The notes beneath the pieces were generated by a model that saw only the letters and a list, made by a program, of their open reading frames with translations, had not been told where the DNA came from and ran no database searches. Shown one piece after another: positions 54,801-64,000 of a DNA stretch of 64,000 nucleotides (position 1 is its first letter; every line of letters begins with the position of its first letter). The translations under genes and the position numbers were made by a program. Source of the DNA: Eledone cirrhosa (taxonomy: Eukaryota); NCBI GenBank assembly GCA_964016885.1, contig OZ024742.1, forward strand, positions 168,082,001 to 168,146,000, read 5' to 3'.

Positions 54801-57800
54801 AAAAAATCCATTAAAAAAATCCATTTAAAAAATCCATTAAAAAAAATCCATTAAAAAAAAATCCATAAAAAAAAAAATCCATTAAAAAAAATCAATTTAA
54901 AAAAATCCATTAAAAATCCATTAAAAAAATCCATTTAAAAAAATCCATTAAAAACCCATTAAAAATCCATTAAAAATCCATTAAAAATCCATTTAAAAAA
55001 CCCATTAAAAAAATCCATAAAAAAAAACCCATTAAAAAAAATCCATTAAAAAAATCCATTTAAAAAATCCATTAAAAAAAATCCATTAAAAAAAAATCCA
55101 TTAAAAAATCCATTAAAAACCCATTAAAAATCCATTAAAAATCCATTAAAAATCCATTGAAAAATCCAATAAAAAAAAATTCAATCAAAAATCCATAAAA
55201 GAAACATTAAAACAGCATTTAAAAAACCCATTAAAAATTCATTAAAAAAATCCATTTAAAAAATCCATTAAAAATCCATTAAAAATCCATTAAAAATCCA
55301 TTAAAAATCCATTAAAAATCCATTAAAAATCCATTTAAAAAAATCCATTAAAAAAATCCATTAAAAAATCCATTTAAAAAATCCATCAAAAAAAATCCAT
55401 TAAAAAAAACTCAATGAAAAACCCATAAAAGAAACATTAAAACAGCATTTAAAAAATCCATTTAAAAAAATCCATTAAAAATCCATTAAAAATCCATTAA
55501 AAATCCATTAAAAATCCATTAAAAATCCATTAAAAAATCCATTAAAAAAAATCCATTAAAAAAATCCATTAAAAAAATCAATTTAAAAAAATCCATTAAA
55601 AATCCATTAAAAAAATACATTAAAAAAAATCCATTAAAAACCCATTAAAAATCCATTAAAAATCCATTAAAAAATCCATTTAAAAAAACCGATTAAAAAA
55701 AATCCATTAAAAAAAACCATTTAAAAAATCCATTTAAAAAAATCCATTAAAAAAAACCCATTAAAAAAAATCCATTAAAAAAATCCATTTAAAAGATCCA
55801 TTAAAAAAAAATCCATTAAAAAAAATCCATAAAAAAATCCATTAAAAAAATCCATTAAAAAAAATCCATTAAAAAAAATCCATTAAAAATCCATTAAAAA
55901 AATCCATTTAAAAAAATCCAATAAAAATCCATTAAAAACCCATTAAAAATCCATTAAAAATCCATTTAAAAAAATCCATTAAAAAAATCCATTAAATAAA
56001 TCCATTTAAAAAATCCATTAAAAAAATCCATTAAAAAAAATCCATTAAAAAAAATCCATTAAAAAAAATCAATTTAAAAAAATCCATTAAAAATCCATTA
56101 AAAAAATCCATTTAAAAAAATCCATTAAAAACCCATCAAAAATCCATTAAAAATCCATTAAAAAATCCATTTAAAAAACCCATTAAAAAAATCCATTAAA
56201 AAAATCCATTTAAAAAATCCATTAAAAAAAATCCATTAAAAAAACCCATTAAAAAAAATCCATTAAAAAAATCCATTTAAAAAATCCATTAAAAAAAATC
56301 CATTAAAAAAAACTCAATCAAAAACCCATAAAAGAAACATTAAAACAGCATTTAAAAAACCCATTAAAAATTCATTAAAAAAAATCCATTTAAAAAATCC
56401 ATTAAAAAATCCATTAAAAATCCATTAAAAAATCCATTAAAAAATCAAATTAAAAAATCCATTAAAAAAATCCATTAAAAAATCCATTTAAAAAATCCAT
56501 TTAAAAAAATCCATTAAAAAAAATCCATTAAAAAAAATCCATTAAAAAAAATCCATTAAAAAAAAAATCCGTTAAAAAAAATCCATTAAAAACTCAATCA
56601 AAAACCCAATTAAAAGGCCATAAAAGAAACATTAAAACAGCATTTAAAATACCATTAAAAACGCCATAAAAAATCATTAAAATTGTTTTTTATGAAATTT
56701 ATAATATGGCTTTTAATGAACTTTTTAATGGGCTTTTAGAATCATTAAAATCCCATTAAAAATACATTAAAGGCCCATTAAAAACGCCATAAAAAATCCA
56801 TTAAAAAAAATCCATTAAAAAAAAATTCAATCAAAAACCCATAAAAGAAACATTAAAACGGCATTTAAAAAACCCATTAAAAATTCATTAAAAAAATCCA
56901 TTTAAAAAATCCATTAAAAATCCATTAAAAATCCATTAAAAATCCATTAAAAATACATTAAAAATCCATTAAAAAAAAATCCATTAAAAAATCCATTTAA
57001 AAAATCCATTAAAAAAAATCCATTAAAAAAAACTCAATCAAAAACCCATAAAAGAAACATTAAAACAGCATTTAAAAAATCCATTAAAAAAAATCCATTA
57101 AAAAAAATCCATTAAAAAAGCCATTAAAAATCCATTAAAAATCCATTAAAAATCCATTAAAAATCCATTAAAAATCCATTAAAAATCCATTAAAAATCCA
57201 TTAAAAATCCATTAAAAAATCCATCTAAAAAAATCCATTAAAAAAATCCATTAAAAAAATTCATTTAAAAAATCCATTAAAAAAATTCATTTAAAAAATC
57301 CATTAAAAAAAATCCATTAAAAAAATCCATAAAAAAAATCCATTAAAAAAAATCCATTAAAAAAAATCCGTTAAAAAAAATCCATTAAAAATCCATTAAA
57401 AATCCATTAAAAATCCATTAAAAATCCATTAAAAATCTATTAAAAATCCATTAAAAATCCATTAAAAAATACATTTAAAAAAATCCATTAAAAAAATCCA
57501 TTAAAAAATCCATTAAAAAAATCCATTAAAAAAAATCCATTAGAAAAAAACCATTAAAAAAAAAATCCATTAAAAAAAATCAATTTAAAAAAATCCATTA
57601 AAAATCCATTAAAAAAATCCATTAAAAACCCATTAAAAATCCATTAAAAATCCATTAAAAAATCCATTTAAAAAACCCATTAAAAAAATCCATTAAAAAA
57701 ATCCATTTAAAAAATCCATTAAAAAAATCCATAAAAAAAAACCCATTAAAAAAAATCCATTTAAAAAATCCATTTAAAAAATCCATTAAAAAAAATCCAT

Positions 57801-59749
57801 TAAAAAAAATCCATAAAAAAATCCATTAAAAAAATCCATTAAAAAAAATCCATTAAAAATCCATTAAAAAAATCCATTTAAAAAAATCCATCAAAAAAAA
57901 ATCCGTTAAAAAAAATCCATTAAAAACTCAATCAAAAACCCAATTAAAAGGCCATAAAAGAAACATTAAAACAGCATTTAAAATACCATTAAAAACGCCA
58001 TAAAAAATCATTAAAATCCCATTAAAAATACATTAAAGGCCCATTAAAAACGCCATAAAAAATCCATTAAAAAAAATCCATTAAAAAAAATCCATTAAAA
58101 AAAAATCCGTTAAAAAAAATCCATTAAAAACTCAATCAAAAACCCAATTAAAAGGCCATAAAAGAAACATTAAAACAGCATTTAAAATACCATTAAAAAC
58201 GCCATAAAAAATCATTAAAATCCCATTAAAAATACATTAAAGGCCCATTAAAAACGCCATAAAAAATCCATTAAAAAAAACTCAATCAAAAACCCATAAA
58301 AGAAACATTAAAACAGCATTTAAAAAACCCATTAAAAATTCATTAAAAAAATCCATTTAAAAAATCCATTAAAAATCCATTAAAAATCCATTAAAAATCC
58401 ATTAAAAATCCATTAAAAATCCATTAAAAATTCATTAAAAAATCCATTTAAAAAAATCCATTAAAAAAATCCATTAAAAAATCCATTTAAAAAATCCATT
58501 AAAAAAAATCCATTAAAAAAAATCCATAAAAAAATCCATTAAAAAAATCCATTAAAAAATCCATTAAAAAAAATCCATTAAAAATCCATTAAAAAAATCC
58601 ATTTAAAAAATCCATTTAAAAATCCATTAAAAATCCATTAAAAATCCATTAAAAATCCATTAAAAAATCCATTAAAAAAACCCATTTAAAAAATCCAAAA
58701 AAATCCATTTAAAAAATCCATTAAAAAAAATCCATTTAAAAAAACCCATTAAAAAAAATCCATTAAAAAAATCCATTTAAAAAATCCATTAAAAAAAATC
58801 CATTAAAAAAAATCCATAAAAAAAATCCATTAAAAAAAATCCATTAAAAAAAAATCCGTTAAAAAAAATCCATTAAAAACTCAATCAAAAACCCAATTAA
58901 AAGGCCATAAAAGAAACATTAAAACAGCATTTAAAATACCATTAAAAACGCCATAAAAAATCATTAAAATCCCATTAAAAATACATTAAAGGCCCATTAA
59001 AAACGCCATAAAAAATCCATTAAAAAAAATCCATTAAAAAAAATCCATTAAAAAAAAATCCGTTAAAAAAAATCCATTAAAAACTCAATCAAAAACACAA
59101 TTAAAAGGCCATAAAAGAAACATTAAAACAGCATTTAAAATACCATTAAAAACGCCATAAAAAATCATTAAAATTGTTTTTTATGAAATTTATAATATGG
59201 CTTTTAATGAACTTTTTAATGGGCTTTTAGAATCATTAAAATCCCATTAAAAATACATTAAAGGCCCATTAAAAACGCCATAAAAAATCCATTAAAAAAA
59301 ATCCATTAAAAAAAAATTCAATCAAAAACCCATAAAAGAAACATTAAAACAGCATTTAAAAAACCCATTAAAAATTCATTAAAAAAATCCATTTAAAAAA
59401 TCCATTAAAAATCCATTAAAAATCCATTAAAAATCCATTAAAAATACATTAAAAATACATTAAAAATCCATTAAAAAAAAATCCATTTAAAAATCCATTT
59501 AAAAAAATCCATTTAAAAAAACCCATTAAAAAAATCCATTAAAAATATCCATTTAAAAAATCCATAAAAAAAAATCCATAAAAAAAATCCATTAAAAAAA
59601 ATCCATTAAAAAAAAATCCGTTAAAAAAAATCCATTAAAAATCCATTAAAAATCCATTAAAAATCCATTAAAAATCCATTAAAAATCCATTAAAAATCCA
59701 TTTAAAAAAATCCATTAAAAAAATCCATTAAAAAAATCCATTAAAAAAA

Positions 59750-62700
59750 TCCATTAAAAAAAATCCATTAAAAAAAATCCATTAAAAAAAATCCATTAAA
59801 AAAAAAATCCGTAAAAAAAATCCATTAAAAACTCAATCAAAAACCCAATTAAAAGGCCATAAAAGAAACATTAAAACAGCATTTAAAATACCATTAAAAA
59901 TGCCATAAAAAATCATTAAAATTGTTTTTTATGAAATTTATAATATGGCTTTTAATGAACTTTTTAATGGGCTTTTAGAATCATTAAAATCCCATTAAAA
60001 ATACATTAAAGGCCCATTAAAAACGCCATAAAAAATCCATTAAAAAAAATCCATTAAAAAAAAATTCAATCAAAAACCCATAAAAGAAACATTAAAACGG
60101 CATTTAAAAAACCCATTAAAAATTCATTAAAAAAATCCATTTAAAAAATCCATTAAAAATCCATTAAAAATCCATTAAAAATCCATTAAAAATACATTAA
60201 AAATCCATTAAAAAAAATCCATTAAAAAAATCCATTAAAAAATCCATTTAAAAAATCCATTAAAAAAAATCCATTAAAAAAAACTCAATCAAAAACCCAT
60301 AAAAGAAACATTAAAACAGCATTTAAAAAATCCATTAAAAAAAATCCATTTAAAAAAATCCATTAAAAAAGCCATTAAAAATCCATTAAAAATCCATTAA
60401 AAATCCATTAAAAATCCATTAAAAATCCATTAAAAATCCATTAAAAATCCATTAAAAATCCATTAAAAAATCCATCTAAAAAAATCCATTAAAAAAATCC
60501 ATTAAAAAAATTCATTTAAAAAATCCATTAAAAAAATCCATTTAAAAAATCCATTAAAAAAAATCCATTAAAAAAAATCCATAAAAAAATCCAATAAAAA
60601 AATCCATTAAAAAAAATCCGTTAAAAAAAATCCATTAAAAATCCATTAAAAATCCATTAAAAATCCATTCAAAATCCATTAAAAATCCATTAAAAATCCA
60701 TTAAAAATCCATTAAAAAATCCATTTAAAAAAATCCATTAAAAAATTCATTTAAAAAATCCATTTAAAAAATCCATTAAAAAAAATCCATTAAAAAAAAC
60801 TCAATCAAAAACCCATAAAAGAAACATTAAAACAGCATTTAAAAAATCCATTAAAAAAATCCATTTAAAAAAATCCATTAAAAAATCCATTAAAAAATCC
60901 ATTAAAAATCCATTAAAAATCCATTAAAAATCCATTAAAAATTCATTAAAAAATCCATTTAAAAAAATCCATTAAAAAAATCCATTAAAAAATCCATTTA
61001 AAAAATCCATTAAAAAAAATCCATTAAAAAAAATCCATAAAAAAATCCATTAAAAAAATCCATTAAAAAATCCATTAAAAGAAAATCCATTAAAAATCCA
61101 TTAAAAAAATCCATTTAAAAAATCCATTTAAAAATCCATTAAAAATCCATTAAAAATCCATTAAAAATCCATTAAAAAATCCATTAAAAAAACCCATTTA
61201 AAAAATCCAAAAAAATCCATTTAAAAAATCCATTAAAAAAAATCCATTTAAAAAAACCCATTAAAAAAAATCCATTAAAAAAATCCATTTAAAAAATCCA
61301 TTAAAAAAAATCCATTAAAAAAAATCCATAAAAAAAATCCATTAAAAAAAATCCATTATAAAAAAATCAGTTAAAAAAAATCCATTAAAAACTCAATCCA
61401 AAACCCAATTAAAAGGCCATAAAAGAAACATTAAAACAGCATTTAAAATACCATTAAAAACGCCATAAAAAATCATTAAAATCCCATTAAAAATACATTA
61501 AAGGCCCATTAAAAACGCCATAAAAAATCCATTAAAAAAAATCCATTAAAAAAAATCCATTAAAAAAAAAATCCGTTAAAAAAAATCCATTAAAAACTCA
61601 ATCAAAAACCCAATTAAAAGGCCATAAAAGAAACATTAAAACAGCATTTAAAATACCATTAAAAACGCCATAAAAAATCATTAAAATTGTTTTTTATGAA
61701 ATTTATAATATGGCTTTTAATGAACTTTTTAATGGGCTTTTAGAATCATTAAAATCCCATTAAAAATACATTAAAGGCCCATTAAAAACGCCATAAAAAA
61801 TCCATTAAAAAAAATCCATTAAAAAAAAATTCAATCAAAAACCCATAAAAGAAACATTAAAACAGCATTTAAAAAACCCATTAAAAATTCATTAAAAAAA
61901 TCCATTTAAAAAATCCATTAAAAATCCATTAAAAATCCATTAAAAATCCATTAAAAAATCCATTTAAAAAACCCATTAAAAAAATCCATTAAAAAATCCA
62001 TTTAAAAATCCATTAAAAAAAATCCATTTAAAAAAACCCATTAAAAAAAATCCATTAAAATAATCCATTTAAAAAATCCATAAAAAAAAATCCATAAAAA
62101 AAATCCATTAAAAAAAATCCATTAAAAAAAAAATCCGTTAAAAAAAATCCATTAAAAATCCATTAAAAATCCATTAAAAATCCATTAAAAATCCATTAAA
62201 AATCCATTAAAAATCCATTTAAAAAAATCCATTAAAAAAATCCATTAAAAAAATCCATTTTAAAAATCCATTAAAAAAAATCCATTAAAAAAAAATCCAT
62301 TAAAAAAAATCCATTAAAAAAAATCAATTTAAAAAAATCCATTAAAAATCCATTAAAAAAATCCATTTAAAAAAATTCATTAAAAACCCATTAAAAATCC
62401 ATTAAAAATCCATTAAAAAATCCATTTAAAAAACCCATTAAAAAAAATCCATTATAAAAATCCATAAAAAAAAAATCCATTAAAAAAATCCATTAAAAAA
62501 AACTCAATCAAAAACCCATAAAAGAAACATTAAAACAGCATTTAAAAAACCCATTAAAAATTCATTAAAAAATCCATTAAAAATCCATTAAAAATCCATT
62601 AAAAAATCCATTTAAAAAATCCATTAAAAAAATCCATTTAAAAAATCCATTAAAAAATCCATTTAAAAAATCCATTAAAAAAAATCCATTAACAAAAACC

Positions 62701-64000
62701 ATTAAAAAATCCATTAAAAAAAATCCCATTAAAAATACATTAAAGGCCCATTAAAAACGCCATAAAAAATCCATTAAAAAAATCCATTAAAAAAAACTCA
62801 ATCAAAAACCCATAAAAGAAACATTAAAACAGCATTTAAAAAACCCATTAAAAATTCATTAAAAAAAATCCATTTAAAAAATCCAATAAAAAATCCATTA
62901 AAAATCCATTAAAAATCCATTAAAAATCCATTAAAAATCCATTAAAAAATCCATTTAAAAAAATCCATTAAAAAAATTCATTAAAAAAATCCATTTAAAA
63001 AATCCATTAAAAAAAATCCATTAAAAAAAACTCAATCAAAAACCCATAAAAGAAACATTAAAACAGCATTTAAAAAATCCATTAAAAAAATCCATTTAAA
63101 AAAATCCATTAAAAAATCCATTAAAAATCCATTAAAAATCCATTAAAAATCCATTAAAAATCCATTAAAAATCCATTAAAAATCCATTAAAAATCCATTA
63201 AAAAAAAATCCATTAAAAAAATCCATTTAAAAAAATCCATTAAAAATCCATTAAAAATCCATTAAAAAATCCATTTAAAAAAATCCATTAAAAAAATTCA
63301 TTAAAAAAATAACATTTAAAAAATCCATTAAAAAAAATCCATTAAAAAAAACTCAATCAAAAACCCATAAAAGAAACATTAAAACAGCATTTAAAAAATC
63401 CATTAAAAAAATCCATTTAAAAAAATCCATTAAAAAATCCATTAAAAAATCCATTAAAAATCCATTAAAAATCCATTAAAAATCCATTAAAAATCCATTA
63501 AAAATCCATTAAAAATCCATTAACAATCCATTAAAAAATCCAATTAAAAAAATCCATTAAAAAAATCCATTAAAAAATCCATTTAAAAAATCCATTAAAA
63601 AAAATCCATTAAAAAAAATCCATTAAAAAAAATCCATTAAAAAAAATCCATTAAAAAAAATCCATTAAAAAAAAAATCCGTAAAAAAAAATCCATTAAAA
63701 ACTCAATCAAAAACCCAATTAAAAGGCCATAAAAGAAACATTAAAACAGCATTTAAAATACCATTAAAAATGCCATAAAAAATCATTAAAATTGTTTTTT
63801 ATGAAATTTATAATATGGCTTTTAATGAACTTTTTAATGGGCTTTTAGAATCATTAAAATCCCATTAAAAATACATTAAAGGCCCATTAAAAACGCCATA
63901 AAAAATCCATTAAAAAAAATCCATTAAAAAAAAATTCAATCAAAAACCCATAAAAGAAACATTAAAACGGCATTTAAAAAACCCATTAAAAATTCATTAA
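59750..64000 (+). repeat. Pair of cassette-B blocks 3870 bp apart sharing private variants; possibly the start of another tandem duplication running off the window
   Basis: TGCCATA in place of CGCCATA at 59901/63771, TCCGTAAAA at about 59808/63677, inserts at 59923/63793, and CGGC at 60098/63968. Confidence 0.7.

Larger units (their letters stand above)
1..64000. repeat. AT-rich satellite DNA array; monomer TCCATT(T)A5-10 (minus strand T5-10(A)AATGGA), with interspersed fixed cassettes and higher-order structure
   Basis: Continuous head-to-tail TCCATT plus A-tract units run from the first base to the last with no unique sequence. Recurrent variants include TCCATTT, CCCATT, TTCATT, GCCATT, TCCGTT, TCCATA and TCAATTT. 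The array runs off both ends of the window. Confidence 0.99.

Noticed and set aside
1-64000. Protein-coding genes or a repetitive-protein ORF
   Set aside because: TTAA in nearly every monomer gives TAA on both strands, and variable monomer lengths cycle through the frames, so stops recur every few dozen bases in all six frames.
59-64000. CRISPR-like array with cassette A as the repeat
   Set aside because: The intervening sequences are satellite monomers of very variable length (about 100 bp to over 1 kb) rather than unique fixed-length spacers. There is no leader or cas gene.
1-64000. Telomerase-made irregular telomeric repeat
   Set aside because: The strand skew and variable homopolymer are reminiscent, but the motif matches no telomere repeat I recognise. 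The pattern is propagated in kilobase block duplications with complex cassettes. A subtelomeric location cannot be excluded.
1-64000. Human satellite II/III ((CATTC)n family)
   Set aside because: Only the TCCATT hexamer is shared. The obligatory A5-10 tracts and 11-16 bp period do not fit a pentameric satellite.
1-64000. Whole window as a sequencing or basecalling artefact
   Set aside because: Rare SNPs and A-tract patterns recur collinearly at fixed multi-kilobase offsets, which random error would not produce. Individual duplications may still be misassembled.

Overview
The whole 64 kb window is one AT-rich, strand-asymmetric tandem satellite array, most likely eukaryotic heterochromatin (inference). 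I found no credible gene, RNA gene, transposon or CRISPR array. The basic monomer is TCCATT(T)A5-10, with TCCATTAAAAA (11 bp) as the purest form, and the + strand is almost free of G. The array has four levels of organisation. (1) Monomers differ mainly in A-tract length. (2) Fixed cassettes are built from degenerate monomers: a 47-bp cassette A and a 136/204-bp cassette B. (3) A 56-bp opposite-orientation insert occurs in 30 copies of cassette B. It is flanked by a 12-bp direct repeat, is cleanly absent from about 20 other copies, folds back on its flanks, and contains a 15-codon hydrophobic micro-ORF. (4) A ~13-14.6 kb super-unit is overlaid by recent tandem duplications of about 1.5, 1.9, 5.25 and 7.07 kb. 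All counts and offsets were read by eye and should be confirmed computationally.
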